Source: Prasinococcaceae sp. CCMP 1430 (lineage: Eukaryota; Plantae; Prasinodermophyta). Taken from it: 64,000 nucleotides of DNA. Position 1 is the first letter of the stretch; every line of letters starts with the position of its first letter. The notes under the pieces are model-generated. The model saw only the letters and a list, made by a program, of their open reading frames with translations. It was not told where the DNA came from and ran no database searches. The translations under genes and the position numbers were made by a program. Shown one piece after another: positions 1 to 10,148 of this stretch. The stretch is taken from assembly GCA_013416795.1 (NCBI GenBank), contig RQSC01001135.1:27312-91311 (forward strand). Reading direction: 5' to 3'.

Positions 1-462
1 CGCGCGCGCCGGTGCGCGCGCGCCGCAGTTACCGCCGCTGCGCGCAGGGCGCGCCACACGGCGCGAAGCAGCAGCAGCGAGCGAGCGGCCGGGGGGGCTC
101 GCCTTCGCGCTTGATTGATGGATGTTGCTCGGGGTCGGTCGGTCGGTCGGTTGGTTGGGGCGCGCTATAGCCAAAATGCCCAACCCCGAGTATATCCGCG
201 CCCAACGAGGAGTCGGTGAGGTAACAGCCGCCGACCCGTCCGACGCTGCCTCCAAGCACCAACAGCGCCACAAATCAGCCTAATCAGCCTCATGCGTCTC
301 ATAACCCCCTCGGCCTACCTCAGCGCTCTCCCCCCTGCCCCCTACGCCTCCCTCAGCCCGCATGGCTACCGCGCGGGTCGACACTAAAAAGCCCTAACCC
401 TGAAAATTCAAAAATACGCGAGCGCGTCAACAGCATCAAAATACCGCAATCCGCGTTCCAAC

Positions 463-566
463 AACCCTAAAACCCTAACCCTACCCTGAATTCAGGGTTT
501 AGGGTTTAGGGTTAGGGTTTAGGGTTTAGGGTTTAGGGTTTAGGGTTTAGGGTTTAGGGTTTAGGG
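463..566. repeat. Interstitial telomere-like array: a few CCCTAA-type units, a palindromic centre, then 9 TTTAGGG plus 1 TTAGGG units
   Basis: Read directly: aaccctaa aaccctaa ccct ACCCTGAATTCAGGGT ttagggtttagggttaggg(tttaggg)7. TTTAGGG is the plant/green-algal telomere repeat. Confidence 0.9.
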
Positions 567-1254
567 ACGGTCGACCCTGCCTGCGGCTGGCTGCCACATC
601 ACCCGCGCTCTGCCTCGCCGCCGCCACCCCCGCCCGCCGGGGGGGCCAGCTGTGGCACCCCGGGGGTGCTGCGCGAGCGCCCCGTTTCAAAAAAAAAACA
701 AGGCGCAAAACGCCTCTGAAATTCTGCATTGTCTCCTTCAATACGCTCCAAAAAGCGTCATATGTAACCACGGGAGACATTTTCCATAGACCCTTTCCTC
801 GACGGCCCGCCCCAAAACGGCCGCCCCTCCCGCGCGCGCGCGGGCGCGGGAGCGCGGAATTTCGGCGTTGCGCTCCGCGACTTCGTTATTCGCTTCGACC
901 GCCTTCAGAACTTACGGGGCGCGGTTCGCCAGCGTTGCCGGCGCGAAAGCGGCGCCAGCTGGCTGCCGATTCCGTTTTTTTTTTTTTCACGCGCTTTTTT
1001 CGCGGGGGCGCGCGCGGCGGCGGAGGAGGGTGTGGAGGAGGGGGAGGAGGAGGCCATACAGCGTGTGGCACTGCCTGCGGCCCTGGCGGCCTCCCCACCG
1101 CTCCCGCCCTCTTCCTACCCACACGCACGCGCGATCACGCGAATCGTCCGCCACCCGTGCGCTTGCGTGCGGCTGCGCGCGCGTGCGCGCGCTTGAGCGC
1201 GCCCTCGCTGCGAGCGAAGGCGTAGGGGTGAGCGGGGGCGCGTGCTCTCGCGCG

Positions 1255-1914
1255 ATGCCGTCGCGGGCGGACGCGGCGTGGGAGGCGCTGCGTGCGGCAG
1301 CAGCGCCCAGACCCGAGGCAGGCGCGGGCGCGGGCGTCGCGTCGCTGCTGAAGCTACAGACACCGCTGGAGAAGCGGAAGCGCGGCGGCGATGGCGGCAA
1401 GGCGGGCAACCAGACGGCGGCTGCGCTGCGGCAGTGGGCGGGCCCCGCTACGAAGCAGCCATCGCAGGCCAAGCGGAGCGCGCAACAGCAGGACGCCGCT
1501 GACCCGGGCGCGGTGCGCGCGGCAGCGGCTGCTGCGCTCGCCGCGGTGCGTCCCAAGCAGAGACAGTCGGTGGTGCGCACTTTCGCTGGCGAGAAGGTCG
1601 AGATGTTCGCTGGCGGAAACGGCGGAGCGGAGGCGGCGCCGGCGGCCAAGGCCGCGCCCGCTAGCGGTCTCGATGCCCTCGTCTCGAGCGTCGTCGAGAA
1701 AAAGGAGGGAGGCGTGAGCACGCTCAAGAAGACGCAGAGCGACTGGCAGAAGGTGAAGGCAGAGGGTGGCGCGGAGCTCGAGGACGAGCTCGAGACCCAC
1801 AAGCGCTCTGGCAAGACCTATCTTGACAAGCAGGCCTTCCTAAAAAAGGCCGAATGGACAGAGTACGAGCGCGACCGCGAGGCCAAGCTCAAGGCAGAGG
1901 GCGTCGCGCGATAA
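1255..1914 (+). CDS. SWC5: BCNT-domain protein (CFDP1/Swc5, SWR1 complex subunit)
   Basis: C-terminus STLKKTQSDWQKVK...ELETHKRSGKTYLDKQAFLKKAEWTEYERDREAKL matches the BCNT-C pattern. First ATG at 1255; TAA ends at 1914. Confidence 0.8.
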   Translation: MPSRADAAWEALRAAAAPRPEAGAGAGVASLLKLQTPLEKRKRGGDGGKAGNQTAAALRQWAGPATKQPSQAKRSAQQQDAADPGAVRAAAAAALAAVRPKQRQSVVRTFAGEKVEMFAGGNGGAEAAPAAKAAPASGLDALVSSVVEKKEGGVSTLKKTQSDWQKVKAEGGAELEDELETHKRSGKTYLDKQAFLKKAEWTEYERDREAKLKAEGVAR

Positions 1915-2071
1915 GTACTGCGCTCGCTCGTCTCTGCCGGCTCTGTTCTTTACAAACAATTAAGCGCGCTCGGGCAATGGACCACAGGATGATGGGGGAG
2001 GCGGTGTGCCTTGGGAGGGAAGAGGGTAGGGGCGTGCGGGTGTGTGGGCCATTGTGCCAAGCACAGGAAAA

Positions 2072-3352
2072 TTAGTCGGAGTCGGAGTCTGAGGAGTCGT
2101 CGTCGTCCTCAGCCAGCCAGTCGATGAGGGGCTTGCACAGCTCTGTGATCCTTTTGTTGGCCTTGGCCGCCAGCTCAGCGGCCTTGGCAGCCTCCTGCGC
2201 CTTGGGAAGCTCGTTGAAAAGCTCACCCGCGATCTTCTGGCACGCCACGCACTTGGGCTTGGCGTTCGCAAGCGCGCTCTGGCACACCTTGTCCATGCGG
2301 CGCGCCTCCTTCTCCCTCAGCTGCTCCTCAGAGGTAGGGTTGCCACCGGTGCGCGCGTTGTCCACTTCCTTGGACGCCAGCTTGGCGTCCTTCTTGCACT
2401 GCTCCAACCTCGCCTCCGCGTCCTTGACGTTCTTGTTCGCGGTCTCCAAGTCCTTCTCCACCTTCTGAGCGTACGCCGCGGCGGGCTCCACTGCCGCCTC
2501 CAACGCGTCCGTCTGACCTGTCACATCCCCCCACCAGGCCATGATCACATCCTCATCTAGCACGTCAGTGTCGTAAAGCGTCTGGAGGATCTTCGGCAGC
2601 CCAGCAGCAGTGGTCTCGAGGCGCTCGTCGCGCTCGCTCAGGTAGCCCTCGAGCTCATTAATGACGATCTCCATCCGCTCGGTCTTGCCCCCAACAGTCG
2701 ACACGAGCACCGACATGTGCGTGCGGATGCTCGACAGCAGCGCTGTGGCCTCTGGCACCGGCGCACCCTCCGCCTTGTTAAATGCGCGGTTGATCGCAGC
2801 GATCACCTGGCCGTTTGCGCCGAGCGACGTGTCCAGCTTCGACAGCGCCTTCGCGAGGTCCGCGGTCTGCACCTGTGGGGTTGGCGTAGGACGCCGGGCG
2901 AGGGCATCGCGTCGCACGCACACGCGTACGCGTGAAGCCGCAATCGCAAGGATGGCATAGCGGTGTCAGTGCGCGCTTGGCGGCATCACTGGCGCTGCGC
3001 GTGCTACGGCGTGCGGCCGCAGTCCTGCAACGAGCAGCCGCCGCAGCCGCCGCAGCCGCCGAGTTACCCGCTCCCGCTGCGGCCGGCGAGGGGAGGGCCT
3101 GCGCCGCAGACGCACCTTGCCCATGCGGCCCACCTCGACGAGCGCCTTCTTCTTGAGCTTAGCATACTCGGCGGCCGCGCGGTCCTGCTTGATCTTGATC
3201 AGGCGGTCCTCGTCCTCCTTCTGCTGCGCGAGCAGCGCCTCCTTGATCTCCTTCTGCTGCTCCTTGCCGCGCTCGCTGAGCTCGCCGCCGCTCTCCGGAT
3301 GGAAGGCGGTGGTCTTCGCTGCTGCCGAGCGGGCGAAGCGCTGCGCGGCCAT
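2072..3352 (-). CDS. W2 (eIF5/eIF2B-epsilon/eIF4G C-terminal) domain protein with a long helical insertion
   Basis: Exons 3352-3116 and 2872-2072 join in phase (GTGCGT donor, ACTGAC branch, CAG acceptor). AA-box 1 PKILQTLYDTDVLDEDVIMAWW and AA-box 2 KPLIDWLAEDDDD with acidic tail. Confidence 0.7.
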
Positions 3353-3896
3353 GGCTTCCTACTCGGAAGGGAGCAGCTGGGGGACGCGCGCGGGGGGGGG
3401 GAGGGGCGCGGAGGCCGCCCCCGCCCCCTCGCGCCCTAGGCCCGCCGGCCGCGCGCGCGCGCGCACTCCTTCGCGCCCGGCACTGCTTCGGTGCTCATAT
3501 ATACCCACGGGCGAGTCTTCACGCACCGGCGCGCACCCACACGCGCCCAGCCGGCGGCTGCGCGGCACCGAGAGAGCTCCTTCACGTCAAATGTGACTCC
3601 TTCACCCCAGGATTCCATTTCATTGTACGGTACGTATTCCAGTAGTGCCTTACAGTACATGTACAATGCGCGGCGAACCGGGGGTGTTGCGATCCCGCGA
3701 GCGCGGCGCGGTCCGCGCGCGCGCGCCGCGCTCCGCGGCGTTTCGATGCCGTTTTCGATGGGAGTTTCGGCGGGCGCGGCGAGAGACGGAGGGTATGTGT
3801 GCGGTGGGAGGGTCCCCATACGCGCGCGCGGCGCGCCCGGGCGCGGGCGCCGCCCCCCCACCTACCCACCTACACACACCACACACACGGGAGGCG

Positions 3897-6179
3897 ATGG
3901 CAACGGAGCGGGGGCAGGGCACGCTCGTGTGGGCCAAAGTTCCAGGCTACGAGTGGTGGCCCGCGCGCTGCATCGAGCTCGCGCGCGTGCCGGTCGAGTC
4001 CACGCGCGACAAGGTCGCCGCCGCGCGGCCGGGCGGCGCGGCGGAGGCGCATCGGCTGCTCTCGTTCTTCGGCGACGGGTCCTACTTCTGGCTGCGCGAT
4101 GACGAGCTCCTCGACTTCGACGAGCACCTCGAGGCGAAGAGCGCGCAGACAAAGAAGGCGCTGTTCAGGGACAGCGTCGCCGCCGCGCGCGAGGCACGGC
4201 GCAGGCAGCTCGCCGGCGAGGACGATCCGTTCAACTTGCCTGGCGACAACAACGACGGCGCGGAAGACGATGGGCCGGTGGAGGAGGCGGGACCGCTGCC
4301 CCCGTGCGATGCCGCCGCGGTGATCGCGCTCGTGCGCGCAGGTGCACGGGACTGGGTTGCGCTAGCGGAGGCCGTGCGGCGCGACGCGCCCGAGACGGCC
4401 GTCGCACGCAGGTTCCTTGCCCGGCGCGTCCGCGACACCTCCCGCGCCGAAAAGGAGGCCAAGGCAAGTAGGGCGCAGGAGAGGGCAGATCTAGCCGCAG
4501 CCAGGCGCAAACGCGAGCAGCAGAAAGCGCAGCGCGCCGCGACGGAGGTTCAGAAGGCCGCCAGCGCTGCCAAAAAGGAGCGAGCGAAACCGGCCGCGCG
4601 GTCGTCGCCAGCCACCAAGCCAAAAGCGCCTGCGGCCGCCGACCCCACGCAACGTGTGCGCGTGCCGGCCGCCAAGGCCAAGCGCGCACTGCAGGTGCTC
4701 CAGCTCATGGCGCGCGATCCGACGCAATTCGACCCCGACATGTGGCCCAAGCCATTGCTGCTGCTCAAGGACTGGCGCGACGCTACATACGTCCACGAGA
4801 TCGAGGAGGAGGCGGGGCCGTCGCGCGCTGACTTCGAGGTGGCGAAGCCGCCGGCGTCGGAGGCGCCAAGGCCACCCAAGAAGCGCGTGGCGGCCGCCAT
4901 GCAAGCGGGCAACGAGCCCGCCAAGGGCGCCAAAAAGAGGTCAAAAGCGCAGCGCAAGAAGCCTGACCTGAATCCTCCCATCCAGGTGAAGGATTGGGCT
5001 GTCGCGGCGCCTAAGGAGATCGACGCCGACGAGCCTGCACCTGCACCCACGCCACCACCGGCGGTGAAGGAAGAGCAAGAGACGGCGGCGGTGAAGGAGG
5101 ATGCCGTATCCTTGCCGAAGGAGACGGTAGCGGCCAGCTCGGGCAAGGTGATGATAGTTGACGCGGTGCAGCTTGCGAAGACCAGGCAAGTGGAGAGCGT
5201 CCCTACTCTGAAGGCAGGCGCCAAGCCCCACGACCCCCGGGCTGGGAATGACGCGCGAGCGAGGTCTGCCGCCGCGACCGCCAAGCCGGCTCGCAAGGAC
5301 CGACCGCGCGCGGACCTAGTCAACATGAGGCGTGACGTGTACGTGTCCTTTCCGCAGGGCAAGTCTTCGATGGCGTCGGAACCACAGCTCAGGGCCGCCT
5401 TTGCGCGGTACGGCTCGATCGAGAAACTTCTTATTGTTGTGCCGGAACGGTACGCGCACGTGAAGTTCCACTCTGGTGACGCCGCACTGACGGCAATGAA
5501 ACGGCTCAGTGGCAATCTGTTTGGCAACCCTGCCATCACAATGTCGTTGGACAAGCCAGCGCCTGCAGCAGGAACCGGCGCCCAAGCTGGCAGCGGCGGG
5601 GGACAGCGTGGCCCACACGGCTACAGCGCTGGCTTTGGGAGGCATCCTGGTTTCCCGCCACCACAGCAACAGCAGCAGCAGAAGCAACAACAACAACATC
5701 CGCCGCGACCCTCTGCACAACAGCGGCAGCCCCCACCACCGCAGCCGCCGCCGCCACAGCAGCAAAGGCGCCCCCCTCCGCCGCCCCCAGTTCAGGTGGG
5801 CGCGTCGATGTCACAGCAGCAAAGGCAGGCGCAGCCGCCGAGGCATGCACAGCAAGAACGGCGCCCGCCCCCGCCTCCTCCGCCAGCCCAAGCGCGGCCA
5901 CAAGTGTCGCATGCACCGGCCCCCGCGCCCCCTGCGCTGCAACAACCGCAATTCCCGCTGATGGCCCTGCAGCAGCAGGTCGCTCAGCAGCAGCAGATGG
6001 TGCAGCAGCAGCAGCATTTTGCGGCTGCGCCCGCAATGGGAGGGCAGGGCCAGCTACCACAGCCGCCACCGCCGCCGCCACCACCACCGCAGCAGCAGCA
6101 GCAGCGACAACAGGCGCCGGCGGCGCTCGACGCTGGGGCCCTGGCACAGCTCTTGCAATCGTTTGGCGGGCGCCAATGA
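3897..6179 (+). CDS. PWWP domain plus RRM chromatin/RNA-binding protein with a Q/P-rich C-terminus
   Basis: LVWAKVPGYEWWPAR...LLSFFGDGSYFWL (PWWP); DVYVSF...FARYGSIEKL...YAHVKF...AMKRLSG (RRM). Confidence 0.8.
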   Translation: MATERGQGTLVWAKVPGYEWWPARCIELARVPVESTRDKVAAARPGGAAEAHRLLSFFGDGSYFWLRDDELLDFDEHLEAKSAQTKKALFRDSVAAAREARRRQLAGEDDPFNLPGDNNDGAEDDGPVEEAGPLPPCDAAAVIALVRAGARDWVALAEAVRRDAPETAVARRFLARRVRDTSRAEKEAKASRAQERADLAAARRKREQQKAQRAATEVQKAASAAKKERAKPAARSSPATKPKAPAAADPTQRVRVPAAKAKRALQVLQLMARDPTQFDPDMWPKPLLLLKDWRDATYVHEIEEEAGPSRADFEVAKPPASEAPRPPKKRVAAAMQAGNEPAKGAKKRSKAQRKKPDLNPPIQVKDWAVAAPKEIDADEPAPAPTPPPAVKEEQETAAVKEDAVSLPKETVAASSGKVMIVDAVQLAKTRQVESVPTLKAGAKPHDPRAGNDARARSAAATAKPARKDRPRADLVNMRRDVYVSFPQGKSSMASEPQLRAAFARYGSIEKLLIVVPERYAHVKFHSGDAALTAMKRLSGNLFGNPAITMSLDKPAPAAGTGAQAGSGGGQRGPHGYSAGFGRHPGFPPPQQQQQQKQQQQHPPRPSAQQRQPPPPQPPPPQQQRRPPPPPPVQVGASMSQQQRQAQPPRHAQQERRPPPPPPPAQARPQVSHAPAPAPPALQQPQFPLMALQQQVAQQQQMVQQQQHFAAAPAMGGQGQLPQPPPPPPPPPQQQQQRQQAPAALDAGALAQLLQSFGGRQ

Positions 6180-6256
6180 GAGGCAGATGTACAAGTACGA
6201 AAGCTGTTTACAAGTTGTACACGTGCGAGCGCTGCGCCGGTGTGGACCACTGCCTC

Positions 6257-7567
<1,311 letters not shown>

Positions 7568-7614
7568 NGTGGAGGCGGGTGAGGGCGGTGGGCGCCCACC
7601 ACAGCGGCAGACCG

Positions 7615-8043
7615 ATGGCGGTGGCGGCGTGCGCCGTGTGCGCCGCGCCCTACGCACGTGTCCGTGCGCGGGAGAGGCGCGTGGCGCCGCGCGCGGGCCT
7701 TCTCGACGGGATCTTCGGCGGCGGTGGTGGCGGCGCGGACGACCGCAGGAAGCGAGAGCGCGACGAGCAGCTTGCGCTGCAGCGGCAGAAGCTCGAGGAA
7801 CGGCGCGCGGGCACCTCGCTGCGCGGCTTCCAAGAGCGCCGGGCGAAGATCGCCGCCAGCATGCGAGCTGAGCGCGAGGAGCGCGCGACGCGCGCAAGCA
7901 GGCCCATGGCGGAGTTCCTGAAAGGGCGGGAGGCACCGGCAGACAGAGGGCGCGCAGGAGCGGCGCCCGGCCGACGGATGTACGATGGCCGCCACGAAGG
8001 TGCGCTCGCGGCGCGTCGCGGGGCGCAGCGCGGCCCGGGATGA
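7615..8043 (+). CDS. Small hypothetical protein with a transit-peptide-like N-terminus
   Basis: MAVAACAVCAAPYARVRARERRVAPRAGLLDGIFG followed by a charged helical segment. The 3' end is uncertain. Confidence 0.4.
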   Translation: MAVAACAVCAAPYARVRARERRVAPRAGLLDGIFGGGGGGADDRRKRERDEQLALQRQKLEERRAGTSLRGFQERRAKIAASMRAEREERATRASRPMAEFLKGREAPADRGRAGAAPGRRMYDGRHEGALAARRGAQRGPG

Positions 8044-8279
8044 GTGGGGGTTGGTGTGTGGGGCGCGACGTGCATGGCGCACGATGCGATGCTGACGGTG
8101 CTGGCCCGTCGCGACCGCCACCCCGCGCATTGGGACGCGCGTGTACGAGCAGGACTGGTTTGCGCAAATGGGCGAGGAAATGCAGCGCGCGGAGGATGAG
8201 GAGGCGGCCGCAGCGTTCCGCCTCGAGGTGGAGAAGCGTGAGAAGGAGACGGGCATGGTGTGCGTCATGCTCGAGAGCG

Positions 8280-8317
<38 letters not shown>

Positions 8318-8929
8318 GAGGAGGAGGAGGAGGAGGAAGTGGGGGAGGAGGCAACCGAGGAAGAGGAAGACGAGCAGAAGGACGAGGAGGACCCGGAAGA
8401 TGAGGAGGACGGGTCCGACTCGGACGAAGACTGGGCGCCCGACGGCATGAAGGAGAGGCTCGAGCGCGCGCTCAAGGCATTTGTGCAGCCTGCTGTGGCG
8501 CAGGCGCTTGAGGCCGCGCAGATGGGCCTCGGACTCGCTGCGATGCTTCCTGGAGCCGCGTCAGGTGCGGTCGAGAAGCTCGTCGCCGCGGCTGAGGGAG
8601 CAGCCGATGGCTCTGAAGAGGAGTTTGCCACCGCATTCGGCGTGACCATCGCTATGGGCGCCCTCGACGCCGAGGAGAGCTGGGCAGCGGACAGGGAGGT
8701 CGCGCAAGCGCTGCTCACGCGCCTGGGCAGCGTGTGGCAGAGCATGCTTGGTGGAGGGGGAAAGCGTAAGGGGAAGGCCGAGGCCTCGGCCATCGGCGCG
8801 CTCGATGAGAACTCCCATGGCGACATCGTCAAGAAGCTCGCTCAGCTCGCCGAGGAGTGGGCAGAGGAGCCGCTCGGCCTCAAGTTCGTTTTCGAGGCCG
8901 ACGGAAACAAGAGGGCGAAAAAAGAGTAA
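7985..8929 (+). CDS. Highly acidic hypothetical protein with a basic C-terminal motif
   Basis: Codon-biased ORF with a D/E tract (8281-8440). A possible short first exon ATGGCCGCCACGAAG|gtgcgc joins in phase to cag|GACTGGTTT; protein ends NKRAKKE. Confidence 0.55.
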
Positions 8930-9116
8930 AGGTGGCCGAATGCCGTATGCGTACAGAATGCCTGCGCACATCACACCAGGTGATCCGGAGCTTCGTCCAT
9001 ATGCCATTAGTTAGAGTACCGACAACGCCTTGGCGTGGCCTGCTTGGTCGCATCGTCAACCCCATCACCCCCTGCAGCTGCGCCACACACACACGCTGCC
9101 AAACATTCTGTGGTCA

Positions 9117-9887
9117 TCACGCTGTGACGCTGCCTCCACCGCCCTCACCGGTTTCGCCGAAGGAGCCACTGGCCTGAAGATGTTTCTTCATGACTGCCTT
9201 GTTGCCTTTCGCCGCCCTCTCCCGCGTGAGCTCCTGCATCAACTGCCAGTCGAACTCGCCCGCGTACGTGCTGCGAACCTCCATCAAGCGCAGGGCGAGC
9301 GCCGGCGACTTCTCGCACACGGCGAGCAGGAAGTCGTCGCCATCGCCGAGCTCCACGTTCTCAAGCGCCCAAAGCAGGATGGCGTGGTCGGGCGAGCCGG
9401 CCGAGCCGTCGGCCATCGTCGCCTGCGGGGCGAAGCCGCCATCATTTCCCAAGCCCTCTAGCTGCGCGCGCACTATCGCAACCGCCACGTACGTCGTCAG
9501 GCGGTGCATGGAGTCCGCTGCGCGTGCCTCGGGCTTCTGTCCCCCGAGCATCTCACCGGGAACGAACACTTTCCCCGCCGGCGTCGGCGGTTGCAGAGAG
9601 CGTGAGGATGCAGCCGCATGCAATGCGTGTGCCCGGGTGCAGGTTCGCGCTTGTCAGCCTCTCGCAAACGAGTGTGTGGCGGCTCGCGCTTAGTAGGCCG
9701 AGCGCCGGACGAACACACAGGCGCTCCACGTGCCGCGCCGCTGTGCGCAGCGCCGCTCACTCTTCGCGACCGCTGCTGACCGAGAACACAGCGGACGCCG
9801 CGCTGTGGGCGCTCGCGCGGCCGTGGCTGCGGCGCCCGCCCGACCCAACCGGCCGCGCGCCGCCCCGCACGCCCACGCGTGCGCCAT
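9117..9887 (-). CDS. RBCX: Rubisco assembly chaperone RbcX (eukaryotic type) with transit peptide
   Basis: Exons 9887-9761 and 9568-9117 give AKMFVPGEMLGGQKPEARAA...LTTYVAVAIVRAQL...LALRLMEVRSTYAGEFDW. Confidence 0.9.
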
Positions 9888-10148
9888 CGCCGGTGGGCGC
9901 CCCTGCGGAGCGAGTGGATGAGGCTGCGGTGCGTTTGCGCAGCAGCGCGCGCACTGGCGCTGTGCAAACGCGCGCAAGCACACAGTACGTCAGATGTGTG
10001 TGTGTTGTGCGCGCATGCTTGCTTGCCCACAGTATGCGCACGAGGCGCTTCGTCCCGGGGGCAGCCTGCGGTGCCGCCCCCGGCGAGAGCCCCGAGGGCA
10101 TCGTGCAGGGGCGGGAAGCGGGGAGGGGTTTCCCTCTCGCCCGCCCGA

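Noticed and set aside
29-271. 80 aa minus-strand ORF as a gene
   Set aside because: GTG start, no recognisable domain, includes a GGTC microsatellite; more likely upstream sequence of a gene outside the window.
463-566. True left chromosome telomere
   Set aside because: The long tract is G-rich on the plus strand and has 460 nt of ordinary sequence to its left; the orientation is wrong for a left end.
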